This document shows positions 28,045 to 43,155 of a stretch of DNA of 64,000 bases, piece by piece; position 1 is the stretch's first letter; each line of letters starts with the position of its first letter. This stretch comes from Octopus vulgaris (taxonomy: Eukaryota). The notes below the pieces were generated by a model, which saw only the letters and a list, made by a program, of their open reading frames with translations, did no database searches and was not told where the DNA came from. The position numbers were made by a program, and so were the translations under genes. The stretch is taken from the NCBI GenBank assembly GCA_951406725.2, contig OX597816.1, positions 58,094,001 to 58,158,000 of the forward strand, read 5' to 3'.

Positions 28045-29740
28045 ACTCGTTTCAGCCATGTGGCTGCGGTCATGCTGGAGCACCATCGTGAAATTGCTAA
28101 TTTCCTAAGTCTGGGGTGTTTCACATCACCACTGTAGTATGTGCTTTTTTTCCCAGCTGTTGGCCCATTTGGTAAATAAGAGAGTTTAATTCCTCTGCCC
28201 TCGTCTGCACATCATGTCGAACTGTTGGTTCATCCAGTATTGTGGGGACGAGAATGTCTAGTTCCTTTCTAAAGATATCTTCTATTTCCACCTGCAGATT
28301 TCTTAATTTTTGTAGCAGGGTATTAAAAAGCTGTGTGCCTTTGAACCCTAGGCTATTGCAGTGCCTGGTCCTGAATTTAGATGATACAATACAATGGCGG
28401 CCATTTCTGGCATTTGTATAACACTCAATGCCGAAATTAGGTATTAGCCCTTCTAGAGTTTTCCATATATAGATTATTACATATCTGTCACGTCTTCTCT
28501 CCAGGAAGTAAAGTTACAGTTTTATCAGCCTATCGCTGTAGCTCATCCATTGCACTGTTTCAGTCTTTTAAGTGTAGTGACGCTGAACTGCTTCAAGCTC
28601 CGCTGTTAGTATGGCACTATGTAGTGACCATAACTGGGAACAGTAATATAGGCGGCAGAAAGCAAAGGTTCTCCATAGGGTCAATATATTTTCTTGGTCT
28701 CTTGTCTTGAAGGACCTCAGTATCCACCCTGCCAGTTGTTTGCACTTCACTGCCATCTTAGTAACGTGCATATAAAATGATGTATCATTGCATATACTGA
28801 TCTCCAAGTCTTTCACTGCCTGTGACTCTGGGATTGCTATGCCTTCGGGTCCTTTATATTCAGGCTGTGGTGCATTCGTGAGTTGGTAGTGCAGTGCTTG
28901 AAATTTCCCAGCATTACTTCGACCACTTGTATATTGAGTTTAGGTCCCACTGTAAGCTTGCGATGTAATCTTGTTTTTTTATTGCCTGTGATAATTTTTT
29001 GTATCATCGGCTTAACTAGTGACAGTGACTGTCCGAGTGACCGTGGGCATGTCTAAGAGAGCTATTATGAACAGTAATGGCCTCAGAATAGTTCCCTGGG
29101 GGACACTACTTAGGATTTGAGTTTCCTCAGAAAGGACCATTGGCTGCAACCACCTGACCTGTTCTTAAGGAAGTCATGCGGCCACTCTCCCAGTTTACCA
29201 GCAATGCCAAGGTCTCGTAGCTTATGACTTATCATGCCATGATCTGCCTTATCAAATGCCTTTGTCAAGTCAAGGTATATCACGCTGATATCTGAATGGT
29301 CAAGTAGTTGTTCCAAAATCCTGCCATAGCGCTGTAGGAGTTGTGCAAAAGCCATACTGAGTATTGTTCAGTAGGTCATTTTCTTTTAGGAACATCAACT
29401 TCTTTCTGATGATTCGCTCCATGACTTTACTGATATGTGAAGTCAGAGAGATTGGCCTGTACTGTTTGGCCTCTGTTCTGCTTCCGCCTTTGTGGATAGA
29501 GCATGTAATACCATCTTTTAGCTTTTAAAGAAGTTTGCCACTTGCAAAGAAACTTTGGAAAAGCCTGCTTACATGACTTCAAGACAATAACTGGGAAGCC
29601 TTCAGGACCAGTTGCAGAACTTGAGCTCATTTCATCTATGACCGCTGTTACATCTGTTTCCTCAATGTTGATGTAATCGATGGTTGGGGTCTCCTTTTTT
29701 AGAGCTGCTATATTAAAGAATTCAGACGGGATTTTTACCT
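28045..29740 (-). mobile_element. Diverged CR1-like LINE fragment
   Basis: ATGPEGFP, YLDLTKAFDKADHGMI, LAGWILRSF, YCSQLWS: same family as 6905-9243 with many disruptions. Confidence 0.85.
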
Positions 29741-29883
29741 GAGTATCTCACTTATCCTTTCCGGGTCCGCGGTCAGTGTGTCATTCCCTTGGAACCATGG
29801 TCCTATTTTATATTTTATATGTGACTTTCTTTTGCGAATTTATAGAAGGCTTTAGGATTTGTTCTTATGCTTTCCAAAGCTTT

Positions 29884-29917
<34 letters not shown>

Positions 29918-30265
29918 CTCTCCCTTTCGTGAACGAGTACACACACACACACACACATGATTTGTTTACAGTGATCAAATGCATGTACTGCACATTGGCT
30001 CGCTCTTTCTCTCCATCAAATCGATGTTGTCTGACCAGGTGCACCGTGTACCACGTGTCAGGTGTCGACGTGATCGCAGAGCTACGAGAGCTGAAGTGTT
30101 TTGCTCAAGGAGACAATGTGCCGCCCTAACCACTAATACATGCGTCCCTACATATACACACACACATACACACACACATACATACATACATACATACATA
30201 CATACATACACACACATACATACATACATACATACATACACCCACACATACATACATACATATAT

Positions 30266-30339
<74 letters not shown>

Positions 30340-30429
30340 GCATATATATATGTATGTGTGTATGTATGTATATAAACCATAAAACGTCAGGTGGCATGAG
30401 AAGTGAGGCATCGTTAGGATTACGACCTT

Positions 30430-31330
<901 letters not shown>

Positions 31331-31336
31331 TATTAC

Positions 31337-31430
<94 letters not shown>

Positions 31431-31431
<1 letters not shown>

Positions 31432-32171
31432 GTAGTTTTATTTTTATAGTGTGCTTTCACTTCACTACCGAGCGCAGCTCTGTGTGCCTTGGGTATGTGC
31501 TGTGATTTGTTGTGATGCTCTGATGGTTATTGTATGGAAAGTGTTCTGTGTAGGATGTGTGCAGTGCCTAGTAGTGCAATTTTCTGTATGTTATATGTGT
31601 TTGTAAGTCCTGGTGTTTTTGTTATGTATTTGTCTGAATATTATTTTTTTATCATGCCTAATGCCCCTACTATGATAGGAATTGTTTCTGTTTTTAGATT
31701 CCACATTCTGGTTACCTCTATTTCCAGGTCTTTGTATTTTGAAAGTTTCTCCATTTCTTATAGAGACACGTTGTCATCTGCCGGTATTAGAAAGCATCAA
31801 TTAGAAAGCATTTTTTTTCTTCATGATCTCTGACAACTATATCTGGTCTGTTGGCCTCAATTTCTGTGTGTATCGGCATATCCCAGAGTATGGTTGCTTT
31901 CTTGTTTTCTGTGACTTTTTCTGGTGTGTGCCTATACCATCTTTTTTCTGTTGTTATTCCATAATGTTGGCATAGCTTCCAGTGTATGTAGGTTCCAACT
32001 CTGTCATGTCTGTGAATATTTTCCTTCTTAGCCAGGACTGGGCAGCCAGAGATAATATGATTTATTGTTTCTTGTCCATCTCCACATATTCTGCAGTTAC
32101 TAGTTATATTTCTTTTCATTACATGTTTTTGGTAATTTCTGGTGGGGAGGCTTTGTTCTTGTGCTGCAATT
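31431..32171 (-). mobile_element. R4/Dong-type RLE LINE 3' fragment
   Basis: CRICGDGQETINHIISGC..RHDRVG..ILWDMPIHT..RPDIVV..LID; (TAA)n on both sides. Confidence 0.9.
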
Positions 32172-32172
32172 A

Positions 32173-32322
<150 letters not shown>

Positions 32323-32323
32323 A

Positions 32324-32872
32324 AGGCGGTGAGCTGGCAGAAATGTTAGCACGCCGGGCGAAATGCGTAGCCGTATTTCGTCTGGCATTACGTTCTGAGT
32401 TCAAATTCCACCGAGGTCGACTTTACCTTTCATCCTTTCGGGGTCGATAAATTAAGTACCAGTTGCGTACTGGGGTCGATGTAAACGACTTAATCCGTTT
32501 GTCTGTCCTTGTTTGTCCCGTCTGTGTTTAGCCCCTTGTGGGTAGTAAAGAAATAGGTATTTCGTTCTGCCGTTACGTTCTGAGTTCAAATTCCGCCGAG
32601 GTCGACTTTGCCTTTCATCCTTTGGAGTTCGATTAAATAAGTACCAGTTATGCACTAGGGTCGATGTAATCGACTTAGTCCCTTCCCCAAAAATTTGAGG
32701 CCTTGTGCTTCCAGTAGAAATAATTTCGTCTGCCGCTAAGTTCTGAGTTCAAATTCCGCCGAGGTCGACTTTACTTTTCATCCTTTTCAGGGTCGATAAA
32801 TTAAGTACCAGTTGAGTACTGAACTATTCCCCTCCCCCAAATTTCAGGCCTTATGCCTATAGTAGAAAGGAT
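32324..32872 (+). mobile_element. SINE family B with tandemly triplicated core
   Basis: GTTCTGAGTTCAAATTCCGCCGAGGTCGACTTT...AAGTACCAG occurs at ~32392, ~32577 and ~32740. Confidence 0.85.
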
Positions 32873-32939
32873 TATCATTATAAGCAGCAGTAGGAGCAGC
32901 AGCAGCAGCAGCATTAGTAGTAGTAGTAGTAGTAGTTGC

Positions 32940-32978
<39 letters not shown>

Positions 32979-33377
32979 TATTATCCACCTTAACGTCACT
33001 ACCGCATGGCATCATCCAGGCCCCACGAGATGGGAGGTATTCATTTATTTGCTGGCAAAGCAACAAAACCAGCGGCATGTGGGTGTCAGTGAGTGGACAA
33101 TGGGGTACCGACTGTCGAAATCCCCTAACCTTGCCTAAACCAGGCCGTGACAGACCAGAAAAAACTGAAGTAAACACTTCAGAAACGAACAATGAAAGGG
33201 TGTTATGTGAAGAAAGGAAGGTTGAAGTTATCTGGGTCAAGTATACATTGGAGGATCCCCTCCTGGGGTCCCGCTCTTGTTATTGAACGACTCAACTTGT
33301 TCACGCCCAACACCCCTATCAATAGTTACGCTACCCGGAATAATAACACAGGTGTTATCTATTATCATTCGATTTTT

Positions 33378-33459
<82 letters not shown>

Positions 33460-33543
33460 GTGCGTGTGTGTGTGTGTGTACATAAAATCATATACACATA
33501 TGGAACACGCTACCAGGTCATACTCGCTTGCGTGTGATGGATA

Positions 33544-33577
<34 letters not shown>

Positions 33578-33585
33578 CACATACA

Positions 33586-33685
<100 letters not shown>

Positions 33686-33706
33686 TACACATACACACAC
33701 ATCTAT

Positions 33707-34469
33707 CAGTGGCGACTTCGGCACTCGGGCTGTCGGGGTTTAGCCCGAGTATAAATTTAGTAAAGTGAACGTGTATTTGCAAGCTGATTTAATTTCTGCC
33801 AACACTGACTTCAAGCATGTAATTGCAGCCAATAATTCGAGCTTCTTTTATTGACCTGGTCGTAGTTCATTCATTTTCGTTCGGCATCGAGCAGTCGTCC
33901 TAGAGGTGTCCTGTGTCAAAAAATATCATTCGTAGCAGACGTTCTCTCGACATCGTTCACGTGCGCCTAACTCGGGGTCAGAAGTTACAACTCACGTTGT
34001 TATCTATAATCGTAAAAATTCAAAGTAATCCAAATTCAATGTTTTCTTGAAACAATAAGTTTCTATAGAGATAGGGATTTAAATTCCAATCTATGAAAAG
34101 TTTTCGTTCTAAATTATCCATCAACTCGGGCTAATATGAACGAGCCTGGTAGGTGTAAAAGACATACTGGCATCTCTTGTCAAGAGTACAGGTGAGAGGC
34201 AGATCGCTGATGTTTCTTGTGCACTCCGCTGTAGTTATTTGATTGTTGTTAGTCTGTGCGTCTGTGTGTAAAAATCACTTGTGTTTTGCAGGGTTGCTTT
34301 ATTTTTACCCTTAACTTAGAAATAGAGTAAGACATAGTGCTAGATATAAAAATAAGCCATTTGGGGGCTAGAAATAAAGCGGAAAACGTGAAATTCTTCG
34401 TGCAGACATGTGTCTTATGCAACATCTGTGATGAGCTGGAGTGACGCTGATGACCTGGAGTCGTCTCTG
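33707..34469. mobile_element. Non-autonomous hAT-like element
   Basis: Termini CAGTGGCGACTTCGG / CCTGGAGTCGTCTCTG (imperfect TIR); repeated CTCGGG/CCCGAG subterminal motifs; imperfect 8-bp flanks ACATCTAT/ATATATAT. Confidence 0.55.
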
Positions 34470-34684
34470 ATATATATATACATATAGTTATATATATAAA
34501 TAGATGTGTGTATTTTCCCTTGTTAACAAATAACAGGAAAAATAGATAAATAGTTACCAGGGTAGCAAAAAATCACACAAGTAAAAAGTTTGTGTAGAAA
34601 CTTTGGGTTTTTGTGAAATTTTTTGTATAATATATATAAAGAAATAAATGGAGTTAAACGCAGGTGTTATTCAAATTCTTTTAA

Positions 34685-34769
34685 TTCCGATATATGTTTC
34701 GAAGATATCACTGGTATTATTCCAAAGTAATAAAATGGTGTAAAGCAATGTAATCTTCTCTTCAGGGAA
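34685..34769 (-). ncRNA. Type-I hammerhead ribozyme motif in the 3' region of a Penelope-like element
   Basis: Minus strand TTCC-CTGAAGA-GAAGAT...ATCTTC-GAAAC-ATAT-ATC-GGAA. Confidence 0.75.
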
Positions 34770-35059
34770 GTGAAGAAATGAAACTCGTCAATAAGACATT
34801 TTAACAGAAAATGATGGATATGTATAGTGATTAACTGAACGCTATTAATATTGTTTGAAAAAACGTTATATGATATAACGTCAGAGGTAACCTATAGAAA
34901 GAGGAGGGATAAATTAAAGAAAAGTTAAATAAATGAGAAGTATATGACTATGTATATTAAATGAAACCTTATAAACTAGGAAAATATATATTTTTAGTGA
35001 ATGTGAAATATAAGAAGAAAATTAATATTTAATTTGTATATAATGATAGTGATTACTTA

Positions 35060-35690
35060 TATGAACTAAAGGTGTGTTTTTGCCTATGTTTACATAGGTA
35101 TGCACTCTCTATAACTGTGTTTACTAGAGGAGCTTTAGAAAAAATAATGAAAAATAGTTCAGAATAACAGAGAAGACAGAATTTTTTGTCTTTGTCATAA
35201 GGTATCGAGATTGAGAGAATCAACCATTCTAAATTAAACTGTTTATTGTGGTCTTTTAGATCCCCAAATTAATTTATTGAGCCCTGTAATGTTACGTTTA
35301 TTCCTATTCCTAAATGTCGAGTAATGGTTACAAATTCTTTTAGATTACTGTAAAGATGTGCTTCCAATGTAAAATTGCACTTTATTATGAGTAATAATTT
35401 TACACTGGTATATAGAATTTTCAATTTTAGAGTTACTTGACATAAACTTGATTCTGTTGGAATTGACTTCAGATACAATAACCCTGTTATTAATATTTCT
35501 AGAGGGATGGATGGTATTAGCTAAATTAATGTTAGTATTAGTAAATGTATTAATATTTAACAAGTTGTTATTATGTGAAGAGATAATTTGTAAGAGATTT
35601 TTTGTGTTAGAAAAACCAATCCTTACCGTATGTGAGTTGATAATAGAGTAATACCTAAAATTCTTTGGAAAATTCCTAATAATAGCTTCA
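35060..35690 (-). pseudogene. Penelope-like ORF C-terminus (GIY-YIG endonuclease)
   Basis: NFPKN...HTVRIGFS...IISSHNNNLL...SIYQCKI...FYIGST, then LEWLILS...CLLCYSE...CKHRQK. Confidence 0.78.
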
Positions 35691-35800
35691 CGGAGCTGCA
35701 ATGAATACCATCCATCCCCATCCCAAATCATTATATCGGGTCTGTTGTGCTTACATTTTACTGAGGTCTTCACTGGAACATTTCACCAGTACTCCTTTTT
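35690..35800 (-). mobile_element. Short RLE LINE fragment next to (CATA)n
   Basis: NVPVKTSVKCKHNRPDIMIW, nearly identical to the element at 61455. Confidence 0.75.
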
Positions 35801-35875
35801 ATGTATGTATGTATGTATGTATGTATGTATGTATGTATGTATGTATGTATGTATGTATGTATGTATGTATGTATG

Positions 35876-35939
<64 letters not shown>

Positions 35940-37324
35940 ATTTACATACACTATTTCGATCCCTCTCCATTTTCAGGTACAATTGCTGCTCTCAGCCTTG
36001 TTTACGTCATCACAGTTCTGTTGATCTTGCAGCTGGTGTTGTTATTGTTATAGTTGTTGTTGTTGTTGTCGCCGTTGTCGTCGTCGGTAGTGGTGGTGGT
36101 GGTGACAGTTGTGGTGTTGGCATGTCGTTCCCCTGTATTCAACATTCACAGATCAACCGTGCAACAAAGAAATACTTCAAACTGAACAACAATCTATTGA
36201 CTGGCGACCATGACAAATGTAACGTAATAGAGGGGGAGGAAGAAGAAGAAGAGGAGGAGGAAGGAGAGGAAGGGATGGAAGAGTGGGAGGAGGAGGCAAC
36301 GATTGAAAGAGAGAGAGAGAGAGAGAGAGAGTGTGTGTGTGTGTGTGTGGGACGATTGGGGATTCGCAATACGAGGGTTAAGAAGTGTTTCGGGTTTTCT
36401 TGGTGAGGGCGAAGGTGTTTAGTAGCGAGGTGAGTAGCGTCGGTGGAAGCGACAGTTGCGGTAATGGGTGGCGGTGGGGGGGGGGCAGGGGGGGATGTGG
36501 GTATTTTTTTGACAAGAGCAAAAGAACGGTCGGGTGTCGGGGTGGGTGGTTGAGAGAGTGGTGTGTGTGTGTATGTGTGTTTATTGTGGGGTTTGTTTTA
36601 CATTTCGTCCGTCCCGCGGTTACAATCCTTGCAACATGCACCTGTTCTTTTTAAGAAAGAAACAAATGAATAAATAAAACAGCGAAAATAATTCAAACAA
36701 AACATGATAAAGCATAGACATTGACATCTGAATGCAACGAAGCGCAATGCCAGCACACACACACACATATACACTACACGCACATGCACACACATATACA
36801 CACACATACACACACGTACACATAAACGCACACGTACACACACTATACACACGCGTACACACACACGCACGCACATATACACACACACATACACTACACA
36901 CAAACATACACGTACACACACGTACACACACTATACACATGCGCGCACACACACACATACGCTACACACACACGCACGCACATATGCACACACATACACA
37001 CACATACACGTACACACACGTACACATAAACGCACACGTAATACACTATACACACGCGCACACACACGTACACATATACACATATGCACATACACTACAC
37101 ACACACATGCACACACACCACACATATACACGCATGTACACACACACATATACACGCATGTACACACACGTACACATATACACACACGCACATACCCTAC
37201 ACACACACATGCACACACTCGCACACATATACACGCATGTACACACAAATACACGTACACACACGTACACATACACACACACATACACTACACACACACG
37301 CACACACACACACACACACACACA

Positions 37325-37517
37325 GAGCATGGTTTTGTGGTTACGAAACTCGTTTTGTAACCCCTTAGTTTCAGGTTCAGTCCCGCAGCGTGGCGGCACC
37401 TCAGACAGAGGTCTTCGACAATGAGTCCAGGTTGACCAATGCTTTGTGATTGAATTTAATAGATGGAAACTGTGCGGAAGCCCTCCATTTTATGCTCATG
37501 TACACACGCACACACAC

Positions 37518-37553
<36 letters not shown>

Positions 37554-37985
37554 CATGGTTTTGTGGTTACGAAACTCGTTTTGTAACCCCTTAGTTTCAG
37601 GTTCAGTCCCGCAGCGTGGCGGCACCTCAGATGGATGTCTTCGACAATGAGTCCAGGTTGACCAATGCTTTGTGATTGAATTTAATGGATGGAAACTGTG
37701 CGGAAGCCCTCCGTTTTATGCTCATGTACACACGCACACACAGAAGCAATCACACTCGTACCTGTGCGCATGCGTGTGTGTATGTGCGCGTGCGTATTTG
37801 TGTGTGTGTGTGTCTTTGTGTTTGTTCTTGTCCCACTGCTTGACAACCGGTTCGGGAAAAGAGGCCAACACAATAAATGCTAGATTTTTCTTTTTTTTTA
37901 AAAGAAAAAGCTATGCTGTAGCTTACTTCAAGGTGTTGCTCCAGCATGGCTGCAATCCAGTGACTGAAGGAAGTAAAAGATAAAA
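37325..37985 (+). mobile_element. Diverged SINE family A with tandemly duplicated 5' half
   Basis: ~37326-37505 repeated almost exactly at ~37552-37732, then the 3' tail. Confidence 0.75.
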
Positions 37986-38059
37986 GGCGCATACGTTATT
38001 TATGTATGTATATATTTATGCATGCATGAATATATACATATGTCTGAATATATACATAA

Positions 38060-38290
38060 GGCAGCGAGCTGGTAGAAACGTTAGCACGCCGGGCGACATG
38101 CGTAGCCGTATTTCGTCTGTCGTTACGTTCCGAGTTCAAATTCTGCCGAGGTCGACTTTGCCTTTCATCCTTTCGGGGTCGATAAATTAAGTACCAGTCA
38201 CGCACTGGGGTCGATATAATCGACTTAATCCCTTTGTCTGTCCTTGTTTGTCCCCTCTGTGTTTAACCCCTTGTGGGTAGTAAAGAAATA
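38060..38290 (+). mobile_element. SINE family B
   Basis: Full head and core. Confidence 0.85.
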
Positions 38291-38324
38291 TATATACATA
38301 TGTCTGTCTGTCTGCCTGTCTGTC

Positions 38325-38547
38325 TGTATGTATGTATGTATGTATGTATGTATAAGTGTGTGTGTGTGTATGTATGTATGTATAAGTGTGTGTGTATGTA
38401 TGTATGTATGTATGTATGTATGTATGTATGTATGTATGTATAAGTGTGTGTGTATGTATGTATATATGTATGCATGTATGTATGTATAAGTGTGTGTGTA
38501 TGTATGTATGTATGTATGTATAAGTGTGTGTGTGTATGTATGTATAA

Positions 38548-38581
<34 letters not shown>

Positions 38582-39008
38582 AAGTGTGTGTGTGTATGTA
38601 TATATGTATGTATGTATGTATAAGTGTGTGTGTGTATGTATGTATGTATGTATGTATGTATAAGTGTGTGTGTGTATGTATGTATGTATGTATAAGTGTG
38701 TGTGTGTATGTATGTATAAGTGTGTGTGTGTGTATGTATGTATGTATGTATGTGTGTGTGTATGTATGTATGTATAAGTGTGTGTGTGTATGTATGTATG
38801 TATGTATAAGTGTATGTGTGTGTGTGTATGTATGTATGTATGTATGTATAAGTGTGTGTGTATCTGTATGTATGTATGTATGCATAAGTGTGTGCGTGTG
38901 TGTGTATGTATGTATGTATAAGTGTGTGTGTATGTATGTATGTATGTGTGTGTGTCTGTGTATGTATGTATGTATAAGTGTGTGTGTGTATGTATGTATG
39001 TATGTATA

Positions 39009-39041
<33 letters not shown>

Positions 39042-39085
39042 ATATATGTATGTATGTATGTATAAGTGTGTGTGTGTGTGTGTGT
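38325..39085. repeat. Higher-order microsatellite [ATAAGT(GT)n(ATGT)n]
   Basis: ATAAGT punctuates alternating (GT)n and (ATGT)n blocks many times. Confidence 0.9.
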
Positions 39086-39449
39086 AGTGCGTGATTGAAG
39101 AAGGGAGAGAGGAAGAGAAGGAGTGAAAGAGATAGGTCAAACACACGTACACTCGCTCTCATTTGCAATTACAAAGAGTGAACTATATAGACATAGAATC
39201 GTATAACACACACACACACACACACACACACGCGCACGCACACGCACACGCACACACGCACACGCACACAGACACACACACGCGCGGAGAAAGATTAAGA
39301 AAACAAGTGACTTATTTGTGTGAAGTGGAGATTAGACAGCAAGGAGGAGTGGGTGGAGGAGTAAGTCGGGGGGCGGGGGCGTGTGGTTGGTGTTAGTGTT
39401 AGGAGAGACAGGTGAACGGAAGAAACGTGAATAAAATTTTATTATAATA

Positions 39450-39559
<110 letters not shown>

Positions 39560-39674
39560 GCTAGTGTTTCCTAATTCAGGTAGCAGGTATTTTACCTCGA
39601 GGTTTGGTGACATGTCTTCTCAAATCTCTTAAAAGTCTTCCTTTGGATTCTTGTAAAATTCTGGATGATACTTG

Positions 39675-39791
<117 letters not shown>

Positions 39792-39796
39792 GCTTA

Positions 39797-40160
39797 AGGT
39801 GGCGGCAGGGCGAAATGCTTTGCATTATTTCGTCTGCCGTGGTCGATTTTGCCTTTCATCCTTTCGGGGTCGATAAATTAAGTACCAGTTACGCACTGGG
39901 GTCGATGTAACCGACTTAATCCCTTTGTTTGTTCTTGTTTGTCCTCTCTGTGTTTAGCCCCTTGTGGGTGGTAAAGGAATAGATATTTCGTTCTGCCGTT
40001 ACGTTCTGAGTTCAATTTCCGTCGAGGTCGACTTTGCCTTTCATCCTTTCGGGGTCGATAAATTAAGTACCAGTTGCGTACTGGGGTCGATGTAATCAAC
40101 TTGTCCCCCCCCCCACACACACACAAAATTTGAGGTTTTGTGCTTCCAGTCGAAAGGATT
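39797..40160 (+). mobile_element. SINE family B with duplicated core
   Basis: Same core as 32324. Confidence 0.82.
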
Positions 40161-40499
40161 ATTACTATTAATATTTGTTTGGTTATTGCTTTGTACAAGT
40201 TGACTCCAAGTCTCACTCAGAAAACTCAAGAGACAACAAGCTAGAATTTCTTGTTGGTGTTATGACTAGGGTGCCATAATTTTGGATTTGCACTGAGTAA
40301 CGTGTAAGAGCAGTGTTTGCCAAACTCTTTCGGTTAGCAACGCACTTTTTAAACACATAATTTAGCGACATACAGTGGCCCAGCAACAAAATTTGCTAAC
40401 GGGGTGCAAACCCAGGTCTTAATTTTTTAATGAAAAATGTGGATTTTCCCAATGTTAACATTAAAACAAATGCAGGTATAATAATAATTATTATTATTA

Positions 40500-40997
40500 T
40501 GAGGGTCGGCTGAAATGTTCAAAATCTGAGCAAGACACTCTCAATGGAATGTGACCAAATGAAGTTCATTTTCTAACATAGTTCCTCTTACTGTCCACAC
40601 ACTTCCATTAGTAGTTGCAGTGCTTGGGTCGCACTGGTGAAGAAGCTTTTCTGTTGATCAAAATGGTCATCAACAACAGATAAGATGTTCTCATCTTATC
40701 TGATGCTCAGCTGAGTGTTTTTCTATGTTGGGAAACAGATGATAACCAGAAGGAACCAAATCACTAACATAGAGAGGATGATCATCCAGTTCAAAGCCAG
40801 TCACATACAGCAGCCATTGAAACCAAGGACTTGTGTGCTGAAGCATTGTCCTAATGAAACAAGACCCCATTCATCAGTTTTTCTGGGTGTTTGGTCTTGA
40901 TAACCTTTCATAACTGCCTTAGGAAGTTGGAATTGAAATTTTCCATTGATGGTGTGATCATTTTGAAGATAGCCAATAAACACAATATTTTTTGCAT
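40500..40997 (-). mobile_element. Mariner transposon 3' fragment
   Basis: TA|TGAGGGTCGGCTGAAA terminus; IVFIGYLQNDHTING; overlaps in sequence with ~14870-15020. Confidence 0.75.
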
Positions 40998-41464
40998 TAA
41001 TGCATAGTTTATATAATAATGTGAAGTATATTTTGCATATTAAAATGTTTAATTTTGGAAATGTATCAAGCAGATCTAAAATAAGCAGTAAAAATACAAA
41101 TTGCAAATATTTCAGTGTGGGACACTACATGACAAAAACATGACAAAAACTTGCAAAAAAAGGAAGAAAATAATGGTGCTTGTGTTCCATAGGTACAATG
41201 AGAAGGCTCGGGAGAAGGATAGAGAGATGGGATGGAGGAAAGGAAGTTAGAAGGAAAGAAAAGAATGAAAAGTGAAAAAATAAACTGGGGATCTGAAGTG
41301 AGTACTAGGCAAGAAATTGACCCCTGTGCCGGTGGCACGTAAAAACATCACCTACTACACTCTCAGAGTGGTTGGCGTTAGGAAGGGCATCCAGCTGTAG
41401 AAACACTGCCAGATCAGACTGGAGTCTGGTGCAGCCTCCTGGCTTCCCAGGCCCCAGTCGAACC

Positions 41465-41765
41465 ATTCAACATATTCCAGCCTTTTTGACAATCTTAGAT
41501 ATGTGGTTTGTCCAATGCAAATTGTTGTTTACAATAATACCCAGAACATGTCTACCAGAAGACTTCTTGAGATTGGTGTTGCTGAGGGAGTATGTAAAAG
41601 CTGGATTTTTCCTCCCAAAATACATGGTGACACACTTGTCTACAGATAGCTTGAGTTGCCAGTCAGAGGTCCACTGCTGCATTGTATCCAGATCTGATTG
41701 CAGGATAGGATCTGTTCTTTTTATTTCAAGGTACAGCTTGGTATCATCTGCATATTTCAACACTG
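41465..41765 (-). mobile_element. CR1-like RT fragment
   Basis: LKYADDTKLY...LQSDLD...WQLKLSVDKC. Confidence 0.8.
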
Positions 41766-42029
41766 AACTTTCCAAGAAGTTTTCGACCAAATTTCCCGGA
41801 AGTTAGAAAATCCTCGGAACTTTCCAGGAAGTTTTTGACCGAATTTCCAGGAAGTTAGACTACGACATATATCCACCAACGATTTTCTATATGAATGTGA
41901 TTGTATATATTTCTCTTTGGTGACGAGACTCAGCGCTTTCAGATATTTGCGGTAAATAAGACTTTTAACTGAAGGTATTTTACCAGTGAACATTCCTTGT
42001 AACCCTTCAATTTCTTCTATGACACCGGA

Positions 42030-43000
42030 TGAGTTAGAAGATTAAAATTGTAAGCAGTAATATAAACTGCTCAGAACTAGGGTTTTCCCTAAAAATAAAA
42101 CTAACTACCGGTTCCCTTGTCATGAATGTTCGTAGGATGCAGCCTATGAGTTTGCTGCATTTAAAGGTTTGTTTGATAATGTGGCCGATGGAAAATGCAT
42201 CATTTGACATGATTACACCTAAGTCCTGTATGTCATTAGTGCTCTGAATCATTATGTTACCTTGTGTCAAATATTACGATTTGGGTGAATTCGTTTATAA
42301 TGAAGAAGCTGAAATTTTGATATACTAATTTTCGTATTTTTTCTGGTTTAGCTCCTAGCCATCGATATTCTTGTGTAATTCATTCCCTGGTGTATACGAC
42401 GTATTACAGGTAACTTAGAGAGAAATCCATTTGCAGTAATAGGTTGACTCCTACCATATAGGGAGTTAAAGAACCATTCTCCGACTTTTTCTGTGATACC
42501 AAGATTCCTTAAATTATGACAGATGATTCCATGATCAGTCTTGTCAAACGCCTTAACAATATCAAGCTTTTAACAGTCAATGATCAAGAGATTATTAGAG
42601 GTAGTGTTATGATGCTGTAAGAATTGTGACAGGCAACTTCGTTCAGTCCAAAACCTATACCGGGTGTCATCTAAGTTGTTTACCTCCAGGTATGTTATTA
42701 TTTTTTGTCTTCGGACAAGGTATTAAATAATTTTAGACGTGTAAGACGTGAGGGAAACAGGTCTGTAATTTTTAGCTTCAGCACTGCTACCTCCTTTGTA
42801 CCTATATAGGTTTTATTATAACTTCTTTCAATAGTCTCGGGAATATGGCAGTATCTAGCGACTTTTGAAATAGTACCTTTAATGATTTCATGAGGTGGTT
42901 TTTGCACGTTTTTTAGCAATATAACTAGAATACTATTTGGTACAGATGCTGAGTTTGGGCCTAAATTATTAATAGCCGCAAATATATCAACTTCCATGAT
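42030..43000 (-). mobile_element. Highly diverged CR1-like LINE fragment
   Basis: AINNLGPNSASVPNSILVILLK; KAFDKTDHGIICH; QDLGVIMSNDA...ILRTF. Confidence 0.65.
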
Positions 43001-43155
43001 ATTAATTTTAAGTTGTGTCTCTGCACTTGAGTTGTGGGATCAAAGAATTCGCTTGGATTATGTACAGGGCTGCAATACGGAAAGAGAATGCGGCCTTCTG
43101 CCTGTTGAAACGAAAGTGTCAGGGATAGAGTTTGCGATCATGCCCACGAAGACCT

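Noticed and set aside
35345-35773. Apparent RLE + GIY-YIG fusion ORF
   Set aside because: Chance in-frame junction of two adjacent truncated elements from different classes.
38187-39168. 300-aa His/Thr/Tyr-rich ORFs
   Set aside because: Higher-order (GT)/(ATGT) microsatellite lacking stops on one strand.
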